Source: an uncultured Methanosarcinaceae archaeon
GTDB taxonomy: Archaea > Halobacteriota > Methanosarcinia > Methanosarcinales > Methanosarcinaceae
Direction of reading: 5' to 3'
NCBI GenBank assembly: GCA_963733675.1
Contig: CAVTET010000004.1
Location: forward strand, 384,001 to 448,000
Length of the DNA: 64,000 nt
The translations under genes and the position numbers were made by a program. The first letter of the stretch is position 1. Each line of letters begins with the position of its first letter. Of the stretch, positions 21,400-32,689 are shown piece after piece. The notes below the pieces were generated by a model. That model was not told where the DNA came from. It searched no databases and was given only the letters and a program-made list of their open reading frames with translations.

Positions 21400-23124
21400 A
21401 TGCAGCGAGATTTTCATAAGTTCACACTTCGACGACCATTGCAGCATCCCTTTACCTGGGGTGATATGGTGGTATTGACAACTGTAATCGTCTTGATTTA
21501 TGTGGGTATACGTTTGGCTCTCACCGCTCCGGCAATAATTAAAGGACCAACTATTTCTCTTAATCCTAGCGCACTTCCCTTTTATGCAAGTCTGTCCATC
21601 ATACGAATGGTTATTGCTTACATACTTTCCATACTTTTTACCTCAGTCTATGGATATATCGCCGCCTATAATCGCAGTGCAGAGCGTGTATTAATACCAT
21701 TACTTGATATACTGCAAAGCGTACCCATCCTCTCATTTCTGCCAGTAGTCGTATTGAGCCTCAGTGTTTTTCTGCCACAGAGATTTGCAATAGAACTAGC
21801 ATCTATTATTTTGATTTTCACAAGTCAGGTATGGAACATGACATTTGCCTGGTATCAATCGCTTAAAACCATACCTATGGAGCTGCGTGAAGCAAGCAGT
21901 ATTTTCCGCTTCAATGGTTGGATGCGCTTTAAGACTCTGGAACTTCCCTTTGCTGCCATAAGTTTGATATGGAATAGTATGATGAGCTGGGCAGGAGGAT
22001 GGTTTTTCTTGATGGCTGCAGAGATATTCACAGCAGGTCAGCATGATTTCAGGCTGCCTGGATTAGGCAGCTACCTTAAGGAAGCAGCAAATGAGGGAGA
22101 TTCAGCATCTATAATTTTAGGAGTTGTCACCCTTGTTTTTGTTATCGTGGCTCTTGACCAATTTGTATGGCAACCATTATTAACATGGGCAGATCGATTT
22201 AAGCTGGAGACAGTTGAGGGTAGGGTATCACACACATCTTGGTTTTATGATGTGCTTCACAGTTCACACATTATTCGCTGGTTCAATCAAAGCACATTCT
22301 CTCCAACAATTGAGCAGATAGATAAAAAAATCCTCCATAGTTTTCCTATGACTGAACAATCCACAATGAAAAAAGTTAATCTAACATGGGTTGTGTACAT
22401 TTTAGAACTGGCAGGCTTTTTGGGGTTACTTTACGGAACTTATCTTACTGGGCAGATGCTGTTGAGAGTGCCGAGTGCCCAGTGGGGGCTCATAGGATTT
22501 GGGCTGATAGCTACGTTGCTACGTGTACTGGCAGCTCTGATTCTGTCTCTTCTTTGGACGGTGCCCGTGGGTGTAGCTATTGGCAGTAATGCACAATTAA
22601 CCTCTAAATTACAACCATTGATGCAGGTTATAGCCTCTGTGCCGGCTACAGCTTTATTTCCAATTATTGCAATTATCTTCATTAGCTTACCAGGAGGTCT
22701 TAATATGGCCGCTGTTTTGTTAATGCTGCTGGGCACCCAATGGTATCTTCTCTTCAACATTATTGCTGGTGCCACTGCAATCCCACAAGATTTGAAGGAT
22801 GCTGCCACAATGTTACAGCTGAATCGATTAACTCGCTGGCGCACTCTGATCTTGCCCTCTATATTTCCTTACATAATCACCGGAGCTATTACTTCAGCAG
22901 GTGGAGCCTGGAACGCTAGTATTATAGCAGAATATATACAATTTGGGGGAAAAACTTTTTCAATTAATGGTTTAGGTGCTCTTATTTCTGAGGCTACAGC
23001 AAATGGAGATTATCCTTTGCTACTGGCTGCAACACTTACCATGATTCTAACTGTTGTTATTATTAATGTCGCTATATGGCGTCGAATGTATCACATAGCT
23101 GAAGAAAAATACCATTTTGACTGA
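21400..23124 (+). CDS. ABC transporter permease with two fused TM domains (NitT/TauT-like)
   Basis: PLLDILQSVPILSFLP, two EAA-like loops, SWAGGWFFLMAAE. Confidence 0.9.
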   Translation: MQRDFHKFTLRRPLQHPFTWGDMVVLTTVIVLIYVGIRLALTAPAIIKGPTISLNPSALPFYASLSIIRMVIAYILSILFTSVYGYIAAYNRSAERVLIPLLDILQSVPILSFLPVVVLSLSVFLPQRFAIELASIILIFTSQVWNMTFAWYQSLKTIPMELREASSIFRFNGWMRFKTLELPFAAISLIWNSMMSWAGGWFFLMAAEIFTAGQHDFRLPGLGSYLKEAANEGDSASIILGVVTLVFVIVALDQFVWQPLLTWADRFKLETVEGRVSHTSWFYDVLHSSHIIRWFNQSTFSPTIEQIDKKILHSFPMTEQSTMKKVNLTWVVYILELAGFLGLLYGTYLTGQMLLRVPSAQWGLIGFGLIATLLRVLAALILSLLWTVPVGVAIGSNAQLTSKLQPLMQVIASVPATALFPIIAIIFISLPGGLNMAAVLLMLLGTQWYLLFNIIAGATAIPQDLKDAATMLQLNRLTRWRTLILPSIFPYIITGAITSAGGAWNASIIAEYIQFGGKTFSINGLGALISEATANGDYPLLLAATLTMILTVVIINVAIWRRMYHIAEEKYHFD

Positions 23125-23149
23125 TTAGGATAAGGAGTGATCCAGATAT

Positions 23150-24472
23150 ATGCCAACAAATGATCATATCTTGGAACTTAAGAATATCAGCCAAGTGTAT
23201 GGCAGCGAAAATCAACACTTTGTAGCTATAGAAGATCTAAATTTGATTATTGATGAGGGTGAATTTGTTACTTTATTAGGACCATCTGGATGTGGTAAGA
23301 GCACTCTGCTTCGTATCGTAACAGGTTTGCATCAACCAAGTAGTGGCATGGTACTCTACCGAAATAAACCTCTGCTCGGAGTTAATCCACATTCTGCGAT
23401 TGTTTTTCAAACATTTGCTCTGTTTCCCTGGTTAACTGCACAACAGAACATCGAAGTTGTGCTTAAAACGCGAGGCATTCCACTGAAACAGCGAATGGCG
23501 CGTGCAATAGAATTGCTGGGTTTAGTTGGTCTGGGTGGTTTTGAGAATGCATATCCACGTGAATTATCAGGTGGTATGCGTCAAAAGGTCGGGTTTGCCC
23601 GCGCTATGGCCACAGAACCTGAATTGCTTTGTATGGATGAGCCATTCTCATCGTTAGATGTGCTGAGCGCAGAAGCCCTGCGTGGCGACTTACTAGAGAT
23701 ATGGCTTAGGGGAAATATCCCTACTCAGGCCATATTGATGGTCACGCATAATATAGAAGAAGCTGTCTTTATGGCAGATCGTATAGTTGTGATGGAAAAG
23801 AGCCCTGGAAGGATAGTGGCAAATCTAAAAGTGGATTTGCCACATCCGCGCCAGCGTAGAGATTTCGATTTCTTGGCTTTAGTGGATAATGTATATTCTA
23901 TACTTGCAGGTCAGACTCAGCCTGAGAATATAGAGATGGGGGTAGCTCCTGGAGAGCCTGGCCATGTGCGTGTCTTGCCTCATATAATAATTAACGATTT
24001 GGCGGGCTTACTAGAATATTTGGATAAGATCCCCAATAACCGCGAAGATATTTACCGCCTGGCTGGAGAACTCAGGGTAGATACTAAAAGTTTATTTCAC
24101 CTGATCGAAGCTGCAGAATTATTAGGTTTTGCTATTATTGCACAGGGTGATATTAGCCTGACCCCCCTTGGTAAAACTTTTGCAGATGCAGACATTTTGG
24201 CTCGCAAGACGCTTTTTGCTACCCGTATTTGTCGTTTACCCCTTTTTAGGTGGTTGCTTGATATGTTGCAAGCTGACCATAAACACCAGCTAGAAAGAAA
24301 TGTAATTGAAATGGCACTAGAACTGCAATTTCACTCTGAAGAAGCTAAACATCAAATTGAGACTGCTATCAATTGGGGACGCTATGCAAAAGTTATCTCG
24401 TATGATGATAATAATGAGATGTTCTACCTTCAACCAGGAGATGTTACATCATGTTATTTAGAGAACAAATAA
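23150..24472 (+). CDS. ABC ATPase (NitT/TauT-like) with C-terminal AAA-associated domain
   Basis: GPSGCGKS, LSGGMRQKV, MDEPFS, VTHN; C-terminal WGRYA motif. Confidence 0.92.
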   Translation: MPTNDHILELKNISQVYGSENQHFVAIEDLNLIIDEGEFVTLLGPSGCGKSTLLRIVTGLHQPSSGMVLYRNKPLLGVNPHSAIVFQTFALFPWLTAQQNIEVVLKTRGIPLKQRMARAIELLGLVGLGGFENAYPRELSGGMRQKVGFARAMATEPELLCMDEPFSSLDVLSAEALRGDLLEIWLRGNIPTQAILMVTHNIEEAVFMADRIVVMEKSPGRIVANLKVDLPHPRQRRDFDFLALVDNVYSILAGQTQPENIEMGVAPGEPGHVRVLPHIIINDLAGLLEYLDKIPNNREDIYRLAGELRVDTKSLFHLIEAAELLGFAIIAQGDISLTPLGKTFADADILARKTLFATRICRLPLFRWLLDMLQADHKHQLERNVIEMALELQFHSEEAKHQIETAINWGRYAKVISYDDNNEMFYLQPGDVTSCYLENK

Positions 24473-24822
24473 ATTTGATGTACAATATCATTAATTATAC
24501 TTGATTTAGGTCTTTTCCTTCTTTATTATACTTTATCAGTTTTAGTCAAGTCTTTATTTCATTATGACACCATCTTCCATGGCAAAGCCAATTGAACATT
24601 AGTATTTAGAAGTGCTTTTTTGATGAATGTATTTCTTATGAGCTTCCACTTTAAATTTTACCGGATAAAAAATCAATGCGGAAGACAGTATTAGCAGCTG
24701 AATTTATACTTGTCAATTTTAAGGTATCAAGGAAATTTCAGGAAATTCATAATATCAAGGGTGCTTGGGGCACGGCAGTTACTATCCAGTACGTAGTTTT
24801 TGGAAACATATACCTTAAATCA

Positions 24823-25677
24823 GGTTCCGTTGCAAAAAATTCAAAAAAATATGTAAATCTTTAGGTAATGAATAAAAATCAGAATATTCAAAGAAAATGC
24901 ACTAACATTATAAAACTATACCAAACAATTGATTAATGTATTTGACTTCACTAAGAACAGAGTAATTTAGATCATTTACTTGTCCTTTTTTGATCATATT
25001 CATAGCTTCAATTCCTTTTAAAGTCTTATTAGCAGATTGAAAAGACTGAAATCCTAACATTGGATTAACGATTCGCTTTATAAATCTATGATCTTGTTCT
25101 ATAATGTTATTCAAATACTTGATTTGTCGAATATCTACGTTTTTAGGTAGTATTTTATCATTTTTCAGTTTACCTATAGCAGGTGGATAAGCTGGATTCT
25201 TATCAACTGTTATTACTCTTGGAATTTGATTATGATTAGAACTCAAAGCTTTCTTAAAAAATCTCTTCGCTGCATTTCGATTTCGTTTTGCACTTAACAT
25301 GAAATCAATTGTATCTCCATTTGAGTCAACTGCTCGGTAAAGATATTTCCATTTACCTTTTATTTTGATATAGGTTTCATCAACTTTCCACGAATAGTTT
25401 GTTAGTCTTAAATGTCTTCTTATCTTCTTTTCTAGTTCAGGGGAATATTGATGTACCCATCTCATTATAGTACTGTGATCAACTTGAATTCCTCTTTCTA
25501 TCATCATTTCCTTTAAGTTTCTATAGCTCAGTGGGTATTTTAAGTACCATCTTACATTCAATAAGATAATTTCTCCTTCATAATGCTTCCATTTAAAGGA
25601 ATCAGATAGCATATTACTATCTTTGGTTTTCTTTTTATTCTATTGCATCAATTAGAAAGGATTTTTGCAACGGAACC
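24823..25677 (-). mobile_element. IS6-family element copy 1 (intact transposase 24908-25612)
   Basis: TIRs GGTTCCGTTGCAAAAA / TTTTTGCAACGGAACC; DDE motifs VDETY, TVDK, EQDHR. Confidence 0.96.
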
Positions 25678-25850
25678 GTATTTCATATTTCTTCAAGTTC
25701 CCACTCCGACTTCCAGAATTTTTCCATTAAGGCATGAAAGTGCTTCTCTTCTCCATTTTTTGAAAATGAGAAGCTTGAGCGGTAAATCTATTAGCTCATA
25801 TATGGGTGCAATTCTGTCGTACTTAGGGGCTACTGACACTATAGTCAACT
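25678..25850 (-). pseudogene. Class I SAM methyltransferase 5' fragment truncated at IS6
   Basis: KYDRIAPIYE...GKILEVGVGT (motif I) ends next to the IS end. Confidence 0.7.
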
Positions 25851-27271
25851 CAACAATCAATCGATACTGGATTATTATGGATAATTTATTTAAAAATTCA
25901 TTTAAAGCTTGTTGCACAATGAGTCGGGCAACAAATAATTATTTGGAATGAAATAGATCTAGATGCTTATAAAAATAATTAAGTATTGTGTAAAAATATC
26001 TTAAATTATTTAGCTGTGGGTCCTCATTGATATTATATTGTCTTTTTGGTTCTCACTTTGTGAGATTAGTTAGAAAACATTTGAAAGAGCAATTGAAATA
26101 AATCCTCATATTCATATGCTTTAGTAAAATCATGAATGTATTTATTCTCTCATCAACAAAAAGGATAATTCAATCTTTAATTTAAAAAAAGCCATCTATC
26201 TTGACTCATACTATAAATAAGCCGCAAAAACAGACTATGACTTTAAAGAACTGGAACCAACAAATAGTTTCAGGAATTATTAAGTAAAAATGAAGATTTA
26301 GTTGAATTATTTGTTCTAAGCTGTGCGAAATTCTATAAATCGCGGGGAAAACAGAAATACACTGAAATAATTTTCCCGTATTTCTTTTTTTTGGGATTCT
26401 CCCTCATTTAATTGATGTTATTCCGAAATATCCTTAATACCGTCGAAATATCCGTTTTCATTAAGTTTTCAACAATCACAGAAAACCCGGGAGAAAGGAA
26501 AAAAACTCAAGCGATCCTTTCGAATCCTCCCATATTTCCCATGGTTTACCTCAATTTGGCATACAGTAAAGAAATTTTAATAATTAACTCTAATTCTGGT
26601 AATGAACTATGATAATAAAAACATCACAAACATAATGCGAGACAGTAAAAACATTACAGAGAGGTATTAAATCAAAAATAAAAATACAAACAAACAGAAA
26701 GGCCTATATAACAATAATATATCAAGTCTTGCAAAAAATAGCCTGAAAATAATGATATCATTTTAGTAATGGAATCTTCATATGTTATTAATTTTTTATA
26801 TAAGTTATACCCATTTCAATAGTATCTGTAGAGTATTTCAAGAAAACCCCTTAATTTCATCAGACGCTTACAAATTGCAGACAAATGACTCATGAAAATC
26901 AGAGATCTATCGAAGCTCTCTGTAAATGAAGATTCGAAACTGTGTTGCACAATAATGGGTGTAATGGGAAATAGGGATTGAAGAAATTCATCCGAAAATA
27001 TATGATAAACGATAGAGAGGGGAATAAACCAAATAGTTTAAATAATTACAAAGAGTATTCACCCAAAAATGAAGGTAATTATGAAAATTAATGAGACTGA
27101 GCTTCGGGAAAATAAACATGAACCTTATTATTTGGGTCTACCCACATATAGATTATCAGTATCATTGGGGATGTAAGAAGCAAAAATTATGAAAAGAGTG
27201 AACAGAAAAATTTAATGCTGTAGGAGAAAGTTCTCCGAATCAATTAAAAAAATTGAAAAACTAGAGGGACA

Positions 27272-27940
27272 ATGAACTCGCCTAAATTTAAAATTCACAG
27301 CTCTTCTAAAATATATGGCACCTCTGTAATCGGGAAAGACACGGTAATACTGGAAAATGTGATTCTTGGATACCCTGAACACAAGGTCCTTATGGAGATC
27401 TTGAAACAGAATCTAGAAATTGAAGATTTTGATTTCCCGGGCTGTACAATAGGCCAGAATTCTATTATAAGGATCGGCTCAACGATATTTTCCAATGTAA
27501 ACACTGGGAAAAACTTAAAAACTGGACATAATGTGATGATTCGAGAAAACACTGAAATAGGAAATGATGTTCTTATTGGAACCAATGTCATTATAGATGG
27601 CCATGTGAATATCGGCAACAATGTCAGCATTCAAGGCAATGTATATATTCCTACCAATGTTGTTATCGAAGACAGAGTGTTTATAGGTCCCTGTGCTGTT
27701 CTCGCCAATGATAAATATCCCATCCGAAAAAAATACGAGTTAAAAGGTCCTGTTTTGAGAAAAGGTGCTTCGATAGGTGCAAATGCAACCCTACTTCCAG
27801 ATGTTGAAATTGGAGAAGGAGCGATGGTTGCCGGAGGAGCACTTGTAACAAAAAGCGTACCTTCCTGGAAACTTGCTATTGGCGCGCCCGCCAGAATACA
27901 GGAACTTCCGAAGGATTTATGTGAATTGAACAAAATATAA
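27272..27940 (+). CDS. Hexapeptide-repeat sugar N-acetyltransferase (WbpD-like)
   Basis: Left-handed beta-helix repeats, VFIGP..VLAND.YP, GASIGANAT. Confidence 0.88.
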   Translation: MNSPKFKIHSSSKIYGTSVIGKDTVILENVILGYPEHKVLMEILKQNLEIEDFDFPGCTIGQNSIIRIGSTIFSNVNTGKNLKTGHNVMIRENTEIGNDVLIGTNVIIDGHVNIGNNVSIQGNVYIPTNVVIEDRVFIGPCAVLANDKYPIRKKYELKGPVLRKGASIGANATLLPDVEIGEGAMVAGGALVTKSVPSWKLAIGAPARIQELPKDLCELNKI

Positions 27941-27999
27941 CTGTATAATAATTAAAACTGAGTAGGAGCAAATGATAGTAACATTAAAGAGGTCCAAAA

Positions 28000-29082
28000 A
28001 TGATCCCGATTGCTAAACCTCTGCTGGGTAAAGAAGAGATTGACGCAGTAAAAGAAGTCATGAATTCAGGCATGATTGCACAGGGCCCGAAAGTAGAAGA
28101 ATTCGAACTTGCTTTTTCCGAGTACACTGGCTGTGATTATGCAGCGGCTGTAAACTCTGGCACTGCAGCCCTGCATATTGCACTTCTAGCCCATGGAATA
28201 GGAAAGGAAGATGAAGTGATTACAAGTCCCTTCAGCTTTATTGCCACTGCGAACAGTATCCTTTACACAGGTGCAAAACCTGTTTTTGTAGACGTCGAAC
28301 TAGACACATTTAACATAGATCCCGAGAGAGTCAAGGAAAAAATCACTTCAAAAACGAAGGCCATTATGCCAGTACACCTTTACGGACACCCTGCAGAAAT
28401 GAAAGCCATAATGGAAATTGCCGAAGATAATAAGCTTTTTGTAATCGAGGATGCCTGCCAATCCCATGGCGCCGAATGCCTTGGAAAAAGAGTGGGAAGC
28501 TTTGGGACAGGAGCGTTCAGCTTTTACCCGACAAAGAATATGACGACTGGCGAGGGGGGGATGCTTACAACAGACAAAAAAGAAATTGCAGAAAAAGCAA
28601 AAATGATCAGAACACATGGCTCAAAAGTTCGCTACCTGCATGAAATGCTAGGTTTCAATCTTCGCATGACTGATATTGCAGCTGCAATTGGTATTGTGCA
28701 GCTTGGAAGACTGGACAAATTTACAAAAGACAGACAGGTAAACGCAGGAATTCTATCAGACGGCCTCAAAGAAATATATGAGCTTGTAACTCCAGTCACA
28801 AAAGAAGGCTGCAGTCATGTTTTCCATCAGTACACTATAAGGGCTAAAAATAGGGATCAGTTAGCAGCTTTCCTGAAAAAAAAGGAAATCGATACAGGAA
28901 TCCATTATCCTATACCCATTCACAAACAGCCCTTCTACAGGGATCTTGGATATAAAGACTCTCTGCCTGTTTCAGAGAAAACGGTTGAGGAGGTCCTCTC
29001 CCTTCCTGTACACCCTGGATTATCCAGAGACAACTTACAGAAGATAGTCGAAGCATCCCAAGAATTTTATGCAAACTATTGA
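28000..29082 (+). CDS. DegT/DnrJ/EryC1/StrS sugar aminotransferase (WbpE-like)
   Basis: NSGTAALH, EDACQSHG, SFYPTKNMTTGEGG. Confidence 0.93.
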   Translation: MIPIAKPLLGKEEIDAVKEVMNSGMIAQGPKVEEFELAFSEYTGCDYAAAVNSGTAALHIALLAHGIGKEDEVITSPFSFIATANSILYTGAKPVFVDVELDTFNIDPERVKEKITSKTKAIMPVHLYGHPAEMKAIMEIAEDNKLFVIEDACQSHGAECLGKRVGSFGTGAFSFYPTKNMTTGEGGMLTTDKKEIAEKAKMIRTHGSKVRYLHEMLGFNLRMTDIAAAIGIVQLGRLDKFTKDRQVNAGILSDGLKEIYELVTPVTKEGCSHVFHQYTIRAKNRDQLAAFLKKKEIDTGIHYPIPIHKQPFYRDLGYKDSLPVSEKTVEEVLSLPVHPGLSRDNLQKIVEASQEFYANY

Positions 29083-29118
29083 GTAGTTTTCCAGCCACTG
29101 CAATTTCAGAAACCGGAA

Positions 29119-30066
29119 GTGAGAATTTTGATAAGAGTAGGAGTAATAGGCACGGGTGCCATGGGACAGAACCACTTAAGGATTTACAGTGAAATGGAGG
29201 GAGTGAAACTTGCTGGGATATCTGATATAGACCAAAAGCGTGTCGAATTTATGGCGGCACAATTCAAGACAAAGGCCTTTACAGATTACAAGAAAATGTT
29301 TCTTGAAGGACTTGATGCTGTAAGTGTAGTTGTGCCAACAAAGCTGCACAAGCAGGTAGCACTCGATGCCCTTGATGCAGGAATGCAGGTCCTTGTGGAA
29401 AAACCGATTGCAGATACAACTGAAAATGCTGAGATGATGATCGAAGCCGCAAAAAAAGCCGGAAAAGTCCTTATGATAGGACATATTGAGCGTTTTAACC
29501 CCGCAGTCATAAGGCTTAAAGAAATCATAAACTCAGGAATCTTGGGTAAGATAGTTTCAATATCAACAAAAAGAGTCGGGCCCTATAACCCGAGGATAAG
29601 AGATGTGGGAGTAATTTTGGATATAGGAGTCCATGATATAGACATCATCTCGTACCTTTACGGCAAAAAAATAAATAGTGTTTATGCTATTGCAGGTGCA
29701 AACATCCACTCATTTGAAGACCATGCCTCAATTATCCTCCGTATGGATCATAACTTTGCAGGAGTTGTGGAAACAAACTGGCTGACCCCACATAAAGTAA
29801 GACAGCTCACAGCAATAGGAGTGAAGGGGGTTGCATATTTGGACTATATAAATCAAACAGTACAACTTCATGATAACGAATGGATAAGAAAAGCCAAGGT
29901 GGAACACAGCGAACCCCTAAAAAATGAACTCAAATATTTCATAGACTGCGCTGCGACAGGCAAAAAACCAAATCCCTGTGGAGAAGACGGAAAACATGCT
30001 CTTGAAGTGGCAATGGCAGCTATAAGGTCCTATCAAGAAGAAAGATTAATTGAAGTAGGAAAATAA
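29119..30066 (+). CDS. Gfo/Idh/MocA oxidoreductase (WbpB-like UDP-GlcNAcA 3-dehydrogenase)
   Basis: GVIGTGAMG, VEKP, GHIERFNP, DIGVHD. Confidence 0.9.
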   Translation: MRILIRVGVIGTGAMGQNHLRIYSEMEGVKLAGISDIDQKRVEFMAAQFKTKAFTDYKKMFLEGLDAVSVVVPTKLHKQVALDALDAGMQVLVEKPIADTTENAEMMIEAAKKAGKVLMIGHIERFNPAVIRLKEIINSGILGKIVSISTKRVGPYNPRIRDVGVILDIGVHDIDIISYLYGKKINSVYAIAGANIHSFEDHASIILRMDHNFAGVVETNWLTPHKVRQLTAIGVKGVAYLDYINQTVQLHDNEWIRKAKVEHSEPLKNELKYFIDCAATGKKPNPCGEDGKHALEVAMAAIRSYQEERLIEVGK

Positions 30067-30139
30067 TCGTAAAAGGCCCTGAGAAAGCAAAATCCCAAAA
30101 CCTCTGGAAACAGGTAATAGTTGAAAAACAATTTAGGAA

Positions 30140-31582
30140 ATGATAATTATGAATAAATTAGAACTACTTCTAAAAGAACGTGGCCAGATAAAAAAAATCG
30201 GAGTTATAGGGATGGGCTATGTAGGCATACCCTCAGCGGTTCTTTTTGCAGATGCTCCATGTTTTAATAAAGTCCTCGGTTTTCAGCGCAACTCAAAAAG
30301 TTCAGGTTATAAAATCGATATGCTCAACCTAGGAGAATGTCCTCTTAGAGGAGAGGAACCGGACCTTGAAGATCTTCTTGCCAGAGTAGTAAAAGCCGGC
30401 AAGCTAGAATGCACTCACGATTTCTCAAAAATCTCCGGACTTGATGCGGTCACCCTTGCAATTCAGACACCTTTTGCAAATCCTAAAGACCTAGAACCCG
30501 ATTTTTGCGCACTTTTTGATGGCATTAGAAATGTAGGAAAATATCTGAGGCCAGGTATACTTGTAGTACTCGAGTCAACAATTACCCCCGGTACAACTGA
30601 AGGTATAGCAAAACAGATTCTTGAAGACGAATCCGATCTAAAAGCAGGAGAAGACTTTGCCCTTGCCCATGCTCCTGAAAGGGTAATGGTAGGGAGACTT
30701 TTAAAAAATATCCGAGAACATGACAGAATAGTTGGCGGCATCAATGAAACTAGTACCAGAAGGGCAGTTGAGTTGTATTCTCCTGTGCTGACTATAGGGA
30801 AAGTAATTCCGATGAGTGCAACTGCAGCTGAGGTCACAAAAACTGCAGAGAATACTTTCCGCGACCTCCAGATTGCAGCAATCAACCAACTTGCTCTTTA
30901 TTGTGAAGCCATGGGCATAAATGTGTATGACGTCAGGAAAGGTGTGGACAGCTTAAAAGGAGAAAGTATCACAAGAGCTGTCCTTTGGCCTGGTGCCGGT
31001 GTCGGAGGCCACTGTCTTACCAAGGACACTTACCATCTAGAAAGAGGAGTTAAGATGGGAAATTCGCATCTGGATTACCCTGAAGATACAGATTCAATCT
31101 ACATACTTGCAAGAAAAATCAATGATTTCATGCCCACGCACATGTACAACCTTACTACTGCAGCCCTTGAAAAAATTGGGAAGAGGATGAAAGGGGCAAA
31201 GATTGCTATACTCGGTTGGGCCTTTATCCGAGACTCGGACGATGCCAGAAACACTCCTTCAGAACCTTACAGGAATCTTTGCCTGAAAGCAGAAGCCAAA
31301 ATAATGGTTCATGACCCATATGTTATGAATTATCCCGGAATCGAGATTTCAGATGACCTCAAAAAAGTTGTTATGGACGCAGATGCTGTTGTGTTCCTTG
31401 CAGAGCACAGCGAATATTTTAATTTAAAGGCCGATTGGATAAAGAAAGTTACCGGCAAAGAGAATACGATTGTCGTTGATGGTAGAAATGTAATTGAACC
31501 GGATGATTTTATTAGTAAGGGATTTGTATATAAGGGGATTGGAAGAGGTGATAAGAACGAACATGTGGTAGTATTAGCATAA
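30140..31582 (+). CDS. UDP-N-acetylhexosamine 6-dehydrogenase (WbpA/WecC-like)
   Basis: GMGYVG, ESTITPGTT, PERV, GVGGHCL, DDARNTP. Confidence 0.92.
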   Translation: MIIMNKLELLLKERGQIKKIGVIGMGYVGIPSAVLFADAPCFNKVLGFQRNSKSSGYKIDMLNLGECPLRGEEPDLEDLLARVVKAGKLECTHDFSKISGLDAVTLAIQTPFANPKDLEPDFCALFDGIRNVGKYLRPGILVVLESTITPGTTEGIAKQILEDESDLKAGEDFALAHAPERVMVGRLLKNIREHDRIVGGINETSTRRAVELYSPVLTIGKVIPMSATAAEVTKTAENTFRDLQIAAINQLALYCEAMGINVYDVRKGVDSLKGESITRAVLWPGAGVGGHCLTKDTYHLERGVKMGNSHLDYPEDTDSIYILARKINDFMPTHMYNLTTAALEKIGKRMKGAKIAILGWAFIRDSDDARNTPSEPYRNLCLKAEAKIMVHDPYVMNYPGIEISDDLKKVVMDADAVVFLAEHSEYFNLKADWIKKVTGKENTIVVDGRNVIEPDDFISKGFVYKGIGRGDKNEHVVVLA

Positions 31583-31639
31583 AATATTTTTCTTTGAGAT
31601 CTTAGTTCGGCTTTTCATATTCTGGAAGAGGGGAAAACC

Positions 31640-32683
31640 ATGATTGAAATACTAAAAACAAAAGAGGAACTTTGGGATCTTTTTACCAAAAAAGAAGAAT
31701 ACAATTCGATTTTTTCTGATAAATATGATAGGTTTCCATACTATTTAAGTAATCATAGAGATGTTTTTGATCCCATAGTATCCAGATTTCTGATAGAAAA
31801 TGGTTTGTGCCCTGAGTATCCAGACGGGAAAAAATTTGCGGTCTGTCTGACTCATGATATTGATGTAGTATATCCAGAAAGATTGTACCAGATAGCTGGA
31901 ACAGCTAAAGCATTTTCTAAAGGGAAATTAATGGATGCTATGAAAACACCCTTTTCCAGAATCAACAAGAAGTGGAACCCTTATTGGAACTTTAGAGAAA
32001 TAATGAAGTTGGAAGCAAAATACAATGCAAAATCCACCTTCTATTTTTTGGCCTTACATCCTGGAGAGAAGGACTTCAATTACAAAATTGAAGACCTTGA
32101 AACCGAATTATCTTTTATATCTGACAATGGGTATGAAGTCGGCCTTCATGGAGGACATGAATCCTACAAGAATTTAAAAGATACAATTGGAAAAAAACAT
32201 ATTCTTGAAAAGGTCCTTGGAAAACAGGTTGTAGGGTACAGAAATCATTATTTAAAGTTTAAAGTTCCTGATACATGGGAATTGTTGAGCAAAGCAGGCT
32301 TCAAGTATGATACAACATTTGGGTACCCTGACTGTGCAGGCTTCAGGAATGGAGTATGCCACCCATTCAGGCCATTTAATCGAAATACAGAAGAACAAAT
32401 AGACATCCTCGAAATACCTCTTATAATTATGGATCGAACTTTGCTACGAGATTATATGCGCCTTGATATCAAAAAGGCATGCGAACTCATAAAAAGACTT
32501 GTCGATAAAGTAGAGCAGTATAATGGTGTGGTTACAGTCCTATGGCACAACAATACATTAATTGGGGAAGAGAATCTTAAGCATTATGAGAAATTCCTCA
32601 AATACGTTTCCAGCAAAAAAGCATGGATTACAAGTGGAGAGGAAATATGTAACTGGTGGTCTACTAATGTTGAAAAAAAGTAA
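31640..32683 (+). CDS. Polysaccharide deacetylase family protein
   Basis: LTHDID, EVGLHG, GYRNHYL, YDTTFGY, LWHN. Confidence 0.85.
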   Translation: MIEILKTKEELWDLFTKKEEYNSIFSDKYDRFPYYLSNHRDVFDPIVSRFLIENGLCPEYPDGKKFAVCLTHDIDVVYPERLYQIAGTAKAFSKGKLMDAMKTPFSRINKKWNPYWNFREIMKLEAKYNAKSTFYFLALHPGEKDFNYKIEDLETELSFISDNGYEVGLHGGHESYKNLKDTIGKKHILEKVLGKQVVGYRNHYLKFKVPDTWELLSKAGFKYDTTFGYPDCAGFRNGVCHPFRPFNRNTEEQIDILEIPLIIMDRTLLRDYMRLDIKKACELIKRLVDKVEQYNGVVTVLWHNNTLIGEENLKHYEKFLKYVSSKKAWITSGEEICNWWSTNVEKK

Positions 32684-32689
32684 TTAAAG

